A DNA stretch of 64,000 bases. Source: Candidatus Sumerlaeales bacterium (GTDB lineage Bacteria; Sumerlaeota; Sumerlaeia; Sumerlaeales; Sumerlaeaceae). Below, piece by piece: positions 44,400-54,366 of the stretch (position 1 is its first letter; each line of letters opens with the position of its first letter). The notes under the pieces were generated by a model, which saw only the letters and a program-made list of their open reading frames with translations, was not told the DNA's origin and did not search any database. The stretch spans positions 34,764-98,763 of the forward strand of contig JBBSQY010000006.1 of assembly GCA_038243585.1 (NCBI GenBank). Reading direction: 5' to 3'. Made by a program: the position numbers and the translations under genes.

Positions 44400-44619
44400 G
44401 GGACAGTCCAAGACAGCAGGTCGTAATTCTTAATAAGAATTTCGTAAATTGCCCCTGCCAAGACGCATCCTGGATCAAATCCGCCTCGCGAGAGGTGGGT
44501 GTAAGACTCGTTTCGAGTTGCACTGGCACTTTGCCACGTGGCGCGGACGTGTTGAGATCGGCGTCGAAGTTTGTCCGATCCGACATAATCTGCAGCCTTA
44601 CGGCAAAGGAGGTGAACAA
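44400..44619 (+). promoter_or_regulatory. Ribosomal protein L10 leader (autoregulatory RNA)
   Basis: AAGACAGCAGG (44410-44420), internal hairpin AATTCTTAATAAGAATT and CCTGC (44454-44458) upstream of rplJ match the L10-leader pattern. Confidence 0.7.
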
Positions 44620-45144
44620 GTGCCAAACAAACACAAACTCGAAACTGTAGTTGCAGTAAAAGAAAAGCTTTCCCAGTCAAAATCGATAGTCGTGGCTGAC
44701 TACCGTGGTTTATCCGTAGGTCAGATGACCGACCTGCGTACCCGTCTCCGCAAGGAGGGGGTTGAACTACGGGTTGTTAAAAACCGCCTGGCCAAGATTG
44801 CTCTTAAAGAATCAGACATGGATCCCATGGAAGATTATTTAAAAGGCATGACGACCATTGCTTTTGGAATGAAAGACCCTGTCAGTCCGGCTAAAGTGCT
44901 TTCTGCGTACGCCAAGGAAAACGAAAAGCTGCGCATTATTGGCGGCCAGATGGATCAGCAAGTCCTTGACGCTAAAGGGATCAACGAACTAGCGCTTCTG
45001 CCTTCGCGTGAAGAGTTGCTGAGCAGGTTGCTGGGTAGCCTTACCAGTCCTGTACAGAAGCTTGCATACGGTCTCCATCAGACTGTCGCGAAAGTGGTTT
45101 ACGCCGTTGATGCTGTTGGACGCCAAAAGGGTGAACAGGAGTAG
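44620..45144 (+). CDS. rplJ: 50S ribosomal protein L10
   Basis: DYRGLSV, VVKNRLAKIA and LPSREELL; GTG start after AGGAGGT. Confidence 0.96.
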   Translation: MPNKHKLETVVAVKEKLSQSKSIVVADYRGLSVGQMTDLRTRLRKEGVELRVVKNRLAKIALKESDMDPMEDYLKGMTTIAFGMKDPVSPAKVLSAYAKENEKLRIIGGQMDQQVLDAKGINELALLPSREELLSRLLGSLTSPVQKLAYGLHQTVAKVVYAVDAVGRQKGEQE

Positions 45145-45233
45145 TTTCCTGAATGGATCATCCCAATGTTAAGCCCCCGTTGGGATGCCGAATATCATGT
45201 GGGCAAACATAAAATTTGAAGGAAATAAGAACC

Positions 45234-45614
45234 ATGGCTGATATCACCACAGACCAGATCGTCGAACGTCTCGACGGTATGACCCTGCTCGAAGTTAACG
45301 AGCTTGTAAAGAAAATCGAAGAAAAGTTCGGCGTTAGCGCCACTCCAGTTGCCGGCGCTGCCGCACCTGCTGGCGCTGCTGCTGCACCGGCTGAAGAGAA
45401 AACCGAGTTCACCGTTTTCCTTAAAGAAGTACCTGCCGACAAGAAAATCGCAGTTATTAAAGAGGTTCGCGCAATCACCGGACTTGGCCTGAAAGAAGCC
45501 AAGGACTTGGTAGAAGCAGCTCCTAAAGCAGTTGTCGTTGACGTAAACAAAGAAGATGCAGACAAGTTCAAAAAGCAGCTTGATGCCACCGGCGCAACTG
45601 TAGAACTTCAGTAG
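45234..45614 (+). CDS. rplL: 50S ribosomal protein L7/L12
   Basis: [14 protein letters not shown] and [24 protein letters not shown]. Confidence 0.98.
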   Translation: MADITTDQIVERLDGMTLLEVNELVKKIEEKFGVSATPVAGAAAPAGAAAAPAEEKTEFTVFLKEVPADKKIAVIKEVRAITGLGLKEAKDLVEAAPKAVVVDVNKEDADKFKKQLDATGATVELQ

Positions 45615-45637
45615 AAATTAAGCTTTAACAGCACTCG

Positions 45638-45675
45638 GCGGTTTCCCTGCACCAAGCAGGGGAACCGCTTTTTTT
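45638..45675 (+). terminator. Intrinsic terminator after rplL
   Basis: GCGGTTTCCCTGC-ACCAA-GCAGGGGAACCGC followed by T7. Confidence 0.85.
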
Positions 45676-45732
45676 ATTTCCAGAGGCCCGCCGGCGAAAG
45701 CCTTCTTCTCCATCTGAAGAACAGCTTGGGTC

Positions 45733-48447
45733 TCAAGAAACAACGTTAGAATGAACTCCCTGCATATCCGCAAGCAATTCTGAAACGGATTGGTATCGGG
45801 AAAGCGGTGATTTGTTGACGCACCGTAGAAAAACTTCATCAAGTATGGAAGGCAAGGTCGCTCTGATAGCCGATGGCCTCGGGAGAGAGACTTGCACCTG
45901 CATACGCGCAATCTCCTGGGTGTCGTTAACCCGTTTAACATCAAACGGTGTCCGTCCGGTAAGCACAAAAAACAACAGAAGTCCGAATGCATAAACATCC
46001 GTTCGACTGTCCACATCTGTCCCAATAATCTGCTCCGGCGCCAGGTACTGTGGGTCTTGATCAGGAATCGTCAGATAGACTGGTTCCGTATTTTGAGGTT
46101 GCCGAACCGGCGCGCCGAACCCAGACAAACACAAATTTGTTTCAGAATCCATGTCCTGTCTTATCATTACGACTTCTGGTCTCAGATTAAGATGACAAAT
46201 GTCCTGAGAATGCGCGTACTCCAACGCCTCCAGGAGTTGTCCCATTATCTGACGGGTTTGCGTCACAGACATTGGACCTTTGTTTTTGATCCATTGCCGT
46301 AAATTTATTCCGTCAGGCAGCGGAGCAACTGTATAAATTACATTTCCTGCCTCGCCGTGTTGAAGTACCGTAGCTATTGATTTGTGTCTTAAATGCGTGA
46401 CTGCGGAAAGCAGATTCATAGTTGCAGAATAAGCTGTCTCATCTTCCGGACGAGGAAAAGTTCTAACCGTAACGCGGCCCCCTGACACCGTATCTACCGC
46501 CATGTGGTCAGAAACCCGGCCGTATGGCACTGTTTCACTCTCGATTCGATATCTAGCCTCCCAGAGAGTGCCTTTGGCCAGAGAGTGAGCCGACAATTGG
46601 CCGGTTTCGCCAGACTGCTGCTGTGGTTTTATCGGGAAATCGCCTGCTGAATTAGATGTGATTGCAATGCCGTTGGACCGACGCACGTTATAGCTTAACT
46701 GGTTTACAGAATGACTCGGATTAAAAGGGGTAAGAGCCCGACGTTTTATTGAGATTGGTGGGGGAGAAGGAGTTTTACCGCTTGCCCCTACAGACATGGA
46801 TGTGACAATTTTTTCCAGTTTTACGACACGGTCGGCAACATCGGAATAATGAACATCAACCCCCAAAATTTGCCTAAGCAGTCCCAGGCTCTTTTTAGGA
46901 TTGTCTGTTTCCAGGCTGCGGGCATAGGCATAATAAGCAAGCAAGTTGTCTCGGCTGATAGGTAGATCATCCATCACTCGGTTGAACAGTTCATAAGCCA
47001 TATCGTGCTGCTGCTGGTAATAGAAGGCTGCAGCTAAAAAAGCTGTAGCTTTAATAAAATCCGGCGACGCTGGTGGAACACGTTGCAGGTATTCCACGGC
47101 CCTTGCATTGTCAGTCATCTTAAGAGCTATGGTTCCGGCTTTTAAATAACTCCCGGCATTCGCGTATGCCTCCACAGCATGTGCCAGATCACCACTCTCC
47201 TCAAAGCATTCCGCCGCATTGCGCCAGTCATAAGCCTTAGCATAAGCGTTAGCCGCAGCCGGAAAATTTTTGCATGAAGAGTACATTTCACCGGCCATTA
47301 TAAACCTACCCATGAATTCATATATCCGGGCAGCTTCGCCAAAATCCTTCGACTTTTTAAACGCATCAATGGCCTGACTTTGTTTTCCTGCCTGCTCGTA
47401 CAGCTCTCCCGCGGCCTTCCAATCACCCTTGCTTACGGCTAAACGAGCTGAAATTTCAGCTGCCACTGTCCTGTCTTCTATATTTGAAATCATTTGCTCA
47501 GCTAATTGTGGCTGAGCAGCTTTTAGGTACAGCTCGGCAGACTTATCCCAAACTTTACAAGATGCATACACTTCAGCCGCACGGGTGACAGCGTTACAAT
47601 CTTCCAAAATTTGAGCCGCTTCGATTGCGTGGCCAGCGAGAAGTAAAGTTTCAGCACTCTTTTGTACAAGTCGCGTAAATTCTGCTCCACGCGTATGATA
47701 CTCCGATGGATGCATCTTAAAAACTAGCTCTAAAAGCTTATCTTTGTTTCCTGCTTTCTGGTAGCAGGCCAATGCGCAATCAGGCTTGTGAGCTTGCTCA
47801 AATATGCCACCTGCCTTGTCGAAGTCCTCCGCCCGCTCATAAAACGATGCGGCACTCTTAAACTGGTTATTTTGGAGGCATTCGTTTCCTGCAGTGCGAA
47901 AGTTTCGAACAGCCCTATCTTTTAAGCCCTCAGCCATACAAATATCAGCTGCCGCTTCAAAGTTGCCTTCTTTTTCATACAGCTCAATAGCCTTGCCCGC
48001 ATTCTCCAACTGCCGCCATGCATTAGCAGCCCTTCCGTATAAATTACCTCGCTCATAAACCCTGGCCGCATCCTGCCATTGTTCAAGGGATTCATACGCC
48101 TCACCCGCAGCCTGAAAATTCTTTTGTCGTTCAAATCGTCTTGCAGTTCGCCGGATGCTACTTGCCGGGGCGCTACTTCCAAGCTTCGACGAATGGCCAC
48201 CTGTCCCGTGGTTCAGCAGCCCAATAGCCGTAGCCGCAATAGCTTCCCGAAGATACATGGTAAGAAAGAAAAGCCCCACGCCCAGCAATATCATTCCAAC
48301 AGTTGTATAGGCCTGCAGTAGAGGGGTAAGCCAAAGCAGGGCAGCATCATACATACCTCGGTAAAAATAAGCAACCGCTCCGATTATGCCCCAAAAAAGC
48401 AACTCATACAGCAGACGTCCGTTGGTTGCCTTCATACAAGACCTCAC
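45733..48447 (-). CDS. Membrane-anchored helical-repeat protein with C-terminal Ser/Thr kinase-like (probably pseudokinase) domain
   Basis: Two N-terminal TMs, many AA..YE.AG repeats, YLAPEQ and DVYAFG; catalytic motifs degenerate. Confidence 0.8.
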   Translation of the reverse strand: MRSCMKATNGRLLYELLFWGIIGAVAYFYRGMYDAALLWLTPLLQAYTTVGMILLGVGLFFLTMYLREAIAATAIGLLNHGTGGHSSKLGSSAPASSIRRTARRFERQKNFQAAGEAYESLEQWQDAARVYERGNLYGRAANAWRQLENAGKAIELYEKEGNFEAAADICMAEGLKDRAVRNFRTAGNECLQNNQFKSAASFYERAEDFDKAGGIFEQAHKPDCALACYQKAGNKDKLLELVFKMHPSEYHTRGAEFTRLVQKSAETLLLAGHAIEAAQILEDCNAVTRAAEVYASCKVWDKSAELYLKAAQPQLAEQMISNIEDRTVAAEISARLAVSKGDWKAAGELYEQAGKQSQAIDAFKKSKDFGEAARIYEFMGRFIMAGEMYSSCKNFPAAANAYAKAYDWRNAAECFEESGDLAHAVEAYANAGSYLKAGTIALKMTDNARAVEYLQRVPPASPDFIKATAFLAAAFYYQQQHDMAYELFNRVMDDLPISRDNLLAYYAYARSLETDNPKKSLGLLRQILGVDVHYSDVADRVVKLEKIVTSMSVGASGKTPSPPPISIKRRALTPFNPSHSVNQLSYNVRRSNGIAITSNSAGDFPIKPQQQSGETGQLSAHSLAKGTLWEARYRIESETVPYGRVSDHMAVDTVSGGRVTVRTFPRPEDETAYSATMNLLSAVTHLRHKSIATVLQHGEAGNVIYTVAPLPDGINLRQWIKNKGPMSVTQTRQIMGQLLEALEYAHSQDICHLNLRPEVVMIRQDMDSETNLCLSGFGAPVRQPQNTEPVYLTIPDQDPQYLAPEQIIGTDVDSRTDVYAFGLLLFFVLTGRTPFDVKRVNDTQEIARMQVQVSLPRPSAIRATLPSILDEVFLRCVNKSPLSRYQSVSELLADMQGVHSNVVS

Positions 48448-48634
48448 AAGAAGATGAATTCATACAAACAAACCGTGTGTAAACCAAACAAACGCATACG
48501 TCAATGCATTCTTCCCTCACAGCCGGAAGCTTCTTAAGTGGCATAATCCATATAAAGTAATATTTTTATTGCGTTAGCGGTGGCACAAGCAATATAGACC
48601 ATCTCGTCGGTTTTACAAATAAAGAATCTTTAAG

Positions 48635-50119
48635 TTGAGGCCCTGGTTGATGAACCATCCGACGTTAGACGTAAACGATTTGCTTGAAATAGCGGATGAA
48701 GCCATTGAAGCAGGGGATTTCCCCCATGCCGTAAGTATTCTTCGCAAGGCCGCGGAAGTTGCCCCACTAAGAAAAGATGTTCGCAATCGACTAGCCATTG
48801 CACTGGAAGGCAGCCCTGTGACGCGAAAAACGTCACGCTCCCTTCCTCCCTCTATTAAAGTATCTGATCCCGAAGATTTTGATTACATGGAGGCCGACGA
48901 GGAATACCCTCGGTTTGCGACGGAAGCGGACGGTGGGGGCCGTGAAACAATAAGTTTAATTGCAAAAAAGGCTTTTGATGCGGCTGCAGGCCAAACAGCT
49001 CGCGCCGGCGAGGCGACAAGGAGTCTGACCAATCTCTTACACCAAGGACTTCAGACGTGGAAAAGTTCTCTGGCAGATCAGGTAAAGCATTTCGACCAAA
49101 CTGCTGCCAGCAACACTAAGGCAAGTCCTGCAAATGATCCTGTAGCACGTGTTTCCGAAGCCATGCATGCGGGCGTTTTTGGCCCGGAAAAAGAACTTGA
49201 AGACTACCTGAGCAGAGCGGACCCAGCCCTAGGGCAGCCACAGGTAAACTTAAACGAACAGGAATTTTCTGAGGAACACGATCCCACTCTTGATAGCGAA
49301 ACACATCTGGCCCAACCAGGTTCGAGATCGAAAAAAAGTTCTCGCGCTTCCACAGGAAAGAAAACAGGCACCAGACAAACGGATGTAGAAGATGTTTTGG
49401 CTGCAGGTATAGACAGTTTTATCGAAGCTGTTGGCCAGGCAGATAAGAAAAAAATTACATTCGGTATTGTTTATTTTGCCATGGCAGCGCTATTTGCCTA
49501 CGCCTGCTTCGATGTCTCCAAAAAGTTTCCTTCAATTACAACAATACCCGGCCAACACGTTCAGTCCGCGTCGCTCGGGAATCTCGACCTAAGCGACGTA
49601 GTTACCAACAGCGAAGCCATAAGCGAATCAAAAATGTTGGTTGCGGCAGGCAATTTGCAACAGGCCGCAGACCTGCTAAAAAAACAATTGGAATCCGGCA
49701 AACTTCTAAAAAACCGAGACGAGATCCGCGTGGAACTCGCAGCAGTTTTAAATACCGAAGCAGAAAAGTATCTCACAAACAACAAACTGTCGGATTCCGT
49801 GGCAACGTATAGGGAGGCGCTAAAGGTACTTCCAGATGATGCCGCGCTGCAGTTGCGTTTGGCGAATGCATTGTACTATTTAGGCACTTTAAGCGGTTCA
49901 GATGCCAGTCAAAAGAATAGTGCTCTGGCAGATGCGGAAAATGTTCTTAACCTGCTGGGTTCCAAGACAAGCGATAATCTTCAAACACATCGCCTTCTGG
50001 CTTTGGTGCATGAAGCCCGCGGAGCAAAAAGTCTGGCAAAAGCTTCATGGCAAAAAGTCAAGGCGTTGGCACCGGAGAATTCTGCGGAATCAAAAGAAGC
50101 TGCATCCCGTCTCAAATAG
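48635..50119 (+). CDS. TPR-containing membrane protein
   Basis: N-terminal TPR, disordered middle, one TM, C-terminal TPRs. Confidence 0.6.
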   Translation: MRPWLMNHPTLDVNDLLEIADEAIEAGDFPHAVSILRKAAEVAPLRKDVRNRLAIALEGSPVTRKTSRSLPPSIKVSDPEDFDYMEADEEYPRFATEADGGGRETISLIAKKAFDAAAGQTARAGEATRSLTNLLHQGLQTWKSSLADQVKHFDQTAASNTKASPANDPVARVSEAMHAGVFGPEKELEDYLSRADPALGQPQVNLNEQEFSEEHDPTLDSETHLAQPGSRSKKSSRASTGKKTGTRQTDVEDVLAAGIDSFIEAVGQADKKKITFGIVYFAMAALFAYACFDVSKKFPSITTIPGQHVQSASLGNLDLSDVVTNSEAISESKMLVAAGNLQQAADLLKKQLESGKLLKNRDEIRVELAAVLNTEAEKYLTNNKLSDSVATYREALKVLPDDAALQLRLANALYYLGTLSGSDASQKNSALADAENVLNLLGSKTSDNLQTHRLLALVHEARGAKSLAKASWQKVKALAPENSAESKEAASRLK

Positions 50120-50151
50120 ATCGCGATGTCTGGGCGTAGGCTAATACCGTA

Positions 50152-50835
50152 ATGGTAAAGACAAAACCTAAATCCAAAGCGATAATAGCGCCATCTATTC
50201 TTAGCGCAGACTTTTCAAAACTTGGGCTGCAGATACGCGAGGTTATCAGAGCCGGTTGTTCGTGGATACATCTCGATATTATGGATAACCACTTTGTGCC
50301 AAACCTTACGTTTGGACCACCTATAGTTAGCACACTGCGCAAAGTCTCTACCAAAGCATTTTTTGATGCTCACTTAATGGTAGAACACCCGGAAACACTT
50401 ATTGAACCGTTCGCGGTTGCTGGCGTTCAAAACCTTACTGTGCACCAGGAAACATGCGTTGATAATCTGGCAGTTGTATTACGGGAAATCCGCAGCAACG
50501 GTATGCAATGTGGAGTTTCCATAAAACCAGATACTTCTCTCGAAACAGTTCGGCCATTTTTTGCTGAAATAGATCTGCTTCTGATCATGACAGTCGAACC
50601 TGGTTTTGGTGGGCAGAGTTTGATACCGTCGTGCCTAAACAAAATAAGGGAAGCACGAAAGATACGGGAAGAGAAACACCACAAGTTTAAAATTCAGGCC
50701 GATGGCGGGATAAATGCCAGTACTGCCGGACTCGTTGTGGCATCCGGTGCTGATATTTTAGTCGCAGGCAGCGCGGTATTCAACGGGAAATCTGTAGCTG
50801 AAAATATTGACGCCTTGCTGAGCCAAATAAGTTAG
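50152..50835 (+). CDS. rpe: Ribulose-phosphate 3-epimerase
   Basis: IAPSILSADF, HLDIMDNHFVPNLTFG, MTVEPGFGGQ and DGGIN. Confidence 0.97.
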   Translation: MVKTKPKSKAIIAPSILSADFSKLGLQIREVIRAGCSWIHLDIMDNHFVPNLTFGPPIVSTLRKVSTKAFFDAHLMVEHPETLIEPFAVAGVQNLTVHQETCVDNLAVVLREIRSNGMQCGVSIKPDTSLETVRPFFAEIDLLLIMTVEPGFGGQSLIPSCLNKIREARKIREEKHHKFKIQADGGINASTAGLVVASGADILVAGSAVFNGKSVAENIDALLSQIS

Positions 50836-50915
50836 ATTGAAAGTTGGACTCGGTTAGTTAAACTGTCAGAATAACTACAATTCCCGGTTTGGCCAGCGCC
50901 CCATAGGAGTAATAA

Positions 50916-51491
50916 ATGATACGCCAAATTATCGTAACCGGGCTTTTGATCTGTGTTTTAGTGATCGGAATGGCGGCTATAAGCGGATGCACGGACAAGT
51001 TAGGTCGAAAAGAAAAGGAAACGGAAACCGAATTGGTGATCCCGGATTTCCCAACTGCAAAAGAGCAGTTTCTGTTCGCACGGATGTTTCAAAATAGCCA
51101 AATGCTTGCGCCTGAATTAGCTAAGCGCCGAGTTCAAATGAATAAGGTCTCACAATACTACCAGCGCGTACTCAAAAATTTTCCGAACGATCCCGAATAC
51201 GTGCCAAGAACTTATTTGGAACTAGGTGATTGTGCGTCCCTGAGTGACGAAGATCAACTGGCCATAACCTTATATCAAAAAGCCCAGGCGATTAGTAACC
51301 AGGATGACTTTATTGTGGCTCGATCACAATACTCTATCGCGCGGATGTACGACATTCAGGGCCGCTACGTGGAAGCCAAACAGATTTACAAAGATATTAT
51401 GGACAGATACAAAAAAAGTGAAGCAGGCAATGTAAGGGACGTGGTTGCACGGGCGACAAAGCTTTATTTAGTTGTTCAAGAAAAGAAGTAG
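50916..51491 (+). CDS. TPR lipoprotein
   Basis: Lipobox ISGC; TPR-like helices; AGGAG RBS. Confidence 0.65.
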   Translation: MIRQIIVTGLLICVLVIGMAAISGCTDKLGRKEKETETELVIPDFPTAKEQFLFARMFQNSQMLAPELAKRRVQMNKVSQYYQRVLKNFPNDPEYVPRTYLELGDCASLSDEDQLAITLYQKAQAISNQDDFIVARSQYSIARMYDIQGRYVEAKQIYKDIMDRYKKSEAGNVRDVVARATKLYLVVQEKK

Positions 51492-51529
51492 GCGCTCAGG
51501 AGTGATGACTGCGACGATCCTACGGTATT

Positions 51530-53389
51530 TCATTGATGCACATCAAAATCTTCAGACTCAAAACTCTCAGCATCACCGCCGCGTCGGAGCTTAATCATTG
51601 CTGAGTGGCCCTCGACCTCGCTGTTTAATTCTTTAAGAAACGCAAATGCCTTCTCAGCGTCATCCTGTTTGTCGCTTGAAAGTGAAATATCAAGTCGAAA
51701 AGCGTGCTCTCGAACTTGTGTGCCAATTTCATGCGGCAATGGGTATTCGTCATCCGACAATGCTTCATTGCAGCTACGTAAGTACTGTTCCGCTTGCCGG
51801 CGCATATATTGCCTGCGAACAAACAGACGGTCTTCTTCAGCAGCCGATTCTGATTCCAGAGTAGCCTCCTCGGCGACTTCGACAGATGAAGCGGAATAGC
51901 TAACTATGCTGATCGCATTTGAGGTACCGCTGGTCACGTCCATGGCTTGCACGTGCAAGATGCCGTTGGCGTCTATCTGAAAAGTAACATGGATGGCGGG
52001 TATCTCTTTTGGAGCGGGAGTAATCCCCGCCAATTGAAAAACTCCAAGGCTGTGGTTCTCAGCAGAAATTTTTCGCTCACCCTGTAAAACATGAATCTTT
52101 ACACTCGCCTGGTTATCCTGAACCGTTGTAAACGTCCTGGTATGAGACGTGGGAATTGAACTGTTTCTCGGGATAAGAGACGAAAAAAGGCCGCCCGCGG
52201 TCTCAATTCCAAGACTCAGGGGAGTGACGTCCAGAAGTAAAACTTCCTGGAGACTGCCTGACATTATGGCGCCTTGGATAGCTGCACCTATGGCGACCGC
52301 CTCGTCAGGATTTATTGAACGAACTGGTTCGGTATTAAAAAAGTCACGTACCAGGTTCTGCACATACGGAATCCGGGTAGACCCACCGACAAGAATAACA
52401 CTGTTAATGTCTGACACTGCAAACCCTGAGTCGCGCACGGCCTGTGAACAACATAGGGTAAGTTGTTCGGCAAAAGGCTCCACAAGGGCCTCGAACTCAT
52501 CCCGCCGAATAGTAATTTGCAAATGCTGAGGCCCCGCCTCGTTCATTGCCACAAAAGGAAGACTGACCATGGTTTCCGGCGCAGAGGACAATTCACATTT
52601 GGCTGTTTCGACAGCTTCCTTTACCCTCTGGAAGGCCTGTAGATTATCAGAAAGGTCAATGCCGTTGCTTTCCTTAAACTGAGAGATCAACAGACGCATT
52701 AGATTATCGTCAAAATTATCTCCACCAAGGAAAGTGTCACCACGGGTCGCGCGCACTTCAAATAGATCTCTATCGACTTCAAGGATAGAAAGATCGAAAG
52801 TTCCACCCCCAAGGTCAAAGACGGCAATCTTCTGGCGTATGTTTTTATCAACGCCATAGGCAAGCGCCGCCGCAGTCGGTTCGTTGATTATTCGAACGAC
52901 CTCCAGACCAGCCATTTCGCCGGCGCGTTTAGTGGCGCTTCTCTGGTCATCGTTAAAATAAGCGGGAACGGTAACAACAGCCCGACTGACAGGCTCCCCA
53001 AAAAAATCTTCCGCGGTCGCCCGCATTTTCTTAAGGATTTCTGAGCTGACTTGCTCCGGCGATACTTGGGTCCAGCCCACATCGATAAGCACGGACTCAT
53101 CCTGGCCTGCTACCAGGTCATAAGTGATCCCATAACGCAGGCGCTCAATCTCTGAAAAACGAGCTCCCATAAAACGCTTTACAGATCGAATCGTCTGTTT
53201 GGGAAAACTCACAGCCTGTCGTTTTGCCAGTTCTCCCACAACGATTTCTTCAGGGCTCTTATATAAAACAACCGAGGGCGTGGTTCGAGAACCTTCAGCA
53301 TTTTGTATAACGATTGGCTGACCTTGTTCAAGATATGCGACAACGCTATTGGTGGTGCCGAGGTCGATACCGAGAATTCGCTCCGTCAT
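51530..53389 (-). CDS. Hsp70/DnaK-family chaperone (probable paralog)
   Basis: GIDLGTTNS, TVPAYFND, INEPTAAALAYG, DLGGGTFD and LLLDVTPLSLG; divergent C-terminal lid. Confidence 0.92.
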   Translation of the reverse strand: MTERILGIDLGTTNSVVAYLEQGQPIVIQNAEGSRTTPSVVLYKSPEEIVVGELAKRQAVSFPKQTIRSVKRFMGARFSEIERLRYGITYDLVAGQDESVLIDVGWTQVSPEQVSSEILKKMRATAEDFFGEPVSRAVVTVPAYFNDDQRSATKRAGEMAGLEVVRIINEPTAAALAYGVDKNIRQKIAVFDLGGGTFDLSILEVDRDLFEVRATRGDTFLGGDNFDDNLMRLLISQFKESNGIDLSDNLQAFQRVKEAVETAKCELSSAPETMVSLPFVAMNEAGPQHLQITIRRDEFEALVEPFAEQLTLCCSQAVRDSGFAVSDINSVILVGGSTRIPYVQNLVRDFFNTEPVRSINPDEAVAIGAAIQGAIMSGSLQEVLLLDVTPLSLGIETAGGLFSSLIPRNSSIPTSHTRTFTTVQDNQASVKIHVLQGERKISAENHSLGVFQLAGITPAPKEIPAIHVTFQIDANGILHVQAMDVTSGTSNAISIVSYSASSVEVAEEATLESESAAEEDRLFVRRQYMRRQAEQYLRSCNEALSDDEYPLPHEIGTQVREHAFRLDISLSSDKQDDAEKAFAFLKELNSEVEGHSAMIKLRRGGDAESFESEDFDVHQ

Positions 53390-54141
53390 TAGCCTTTGCG
53401 CCCAAACAGCTTGGAGAATAAACTTTTTTTACTAGGGGAGAGGCATTCGAGAGCCATACGCGCTTTATCGTTAGCTGGATCCCACTTTAAAATTTCCTGA
53501 TAGGTGCTGATCGCCATGCTGAAAATTTTGGCACCTTCATAAAGTTCCGCAAGAATCATCCGGTAATCACTGTTATATGGGTCGAGGTCAATGGCCCGCT
53601 GTGCAGCCTCCGTCGCCCGGCTGAAACTTCTGTGTCCCCGCAAAAGCGAAAGCGCAAGCCGCGCGTGATACACTGCTTCCTGATCAGCGTTTTTAATAGC
53701 CATCTCAAAAAGCTCGGAGGCCTTTCCATAATCGCCCGCAGTCATCATCTGCGTTCCCCGAACAAACGCGCGTTTTGCTACAGTTGCTCGATTTTGCTCC
53801 GTGGCTGCGTTGCCGAAAACCGGCTTTCCCTCACCGCCGGATGAACTGCCAGATCCAGTCGACGATCCACCTGATCCGGCCGATTTCCCGCCATCATCAT
53901 TTCCATTACTATTAGATGCAAGGGTTTTATCGAAAAGAGCTCGTTTACTCTTGTCTTTCAACGTGTTATAAGCCGTCGATATCCTGGAAAATTCTGCCTC
54001 TAGGGTAACCGCCTGCTCAGGAGACTCCGCCTTGTCTGGATGGTACCGACGGGCAAGGCGGTGATATGCCGACTTAATCTCTAAATCAGAGGCTGTTCTG
54101 GGAACACCCAATATTTCATAAAAGTTTTTTGCCACACTCAC
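53389..54141 (-). CDS. J-domain plus TPR co-chaperone
   Basis: FYEILGV...YHPDK J-domain, G/S linker, TPRs; stop overlaps the Hsp70 start. Confidence 0.88.
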   Translation of the reverse strand: MSVAKNFYEILGVPRTASDLEIKSAYHRLARRYHPDKAESPEQAVTLEAEFSRISTAYNTLKDKSKRALFDKTLASNSNGNDDGGKSAGSGGSSTGSGSSSGGEGKPVFGNAATEQNRATVAKRAFVRGTQMMTAGDYGKASELFEMAIKNADQEAVYHARLALSLLRGHRSFSRATEAAQRAIDLDPYNSDYRMILAELYEGAKIFSMAISTYQEILKWDPANDKARMALECLSPSKKSLFSKLFGRKG

Positions 54142-54366
54142 CCAAATTCCAAAGAAGCATCATACAAGAAACCCATACAGTGATAACGAAAAAGCAAATT
54201 AAATTAAAAACATCTCGCGGACGAAATACGAAGTTCTTTGCGGAAAGACCTTGTCGGTTATCACTCATCCGATTTGTTAAAGTTAAAGCGTCTGCGAGCG
54301 TCAACAGTTCACACTTGAGTTTAGTCTGGCTGACTATCGCCTCATATAGGGTATAAAAATACAGAA

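Noticed and set aside
44449..44619. 57-aa N-terminal extension of L10 in the ORF track
   Set aside because: A strong AGGAGGT RBS precedes GTG 44620; the extension is leader RNA.
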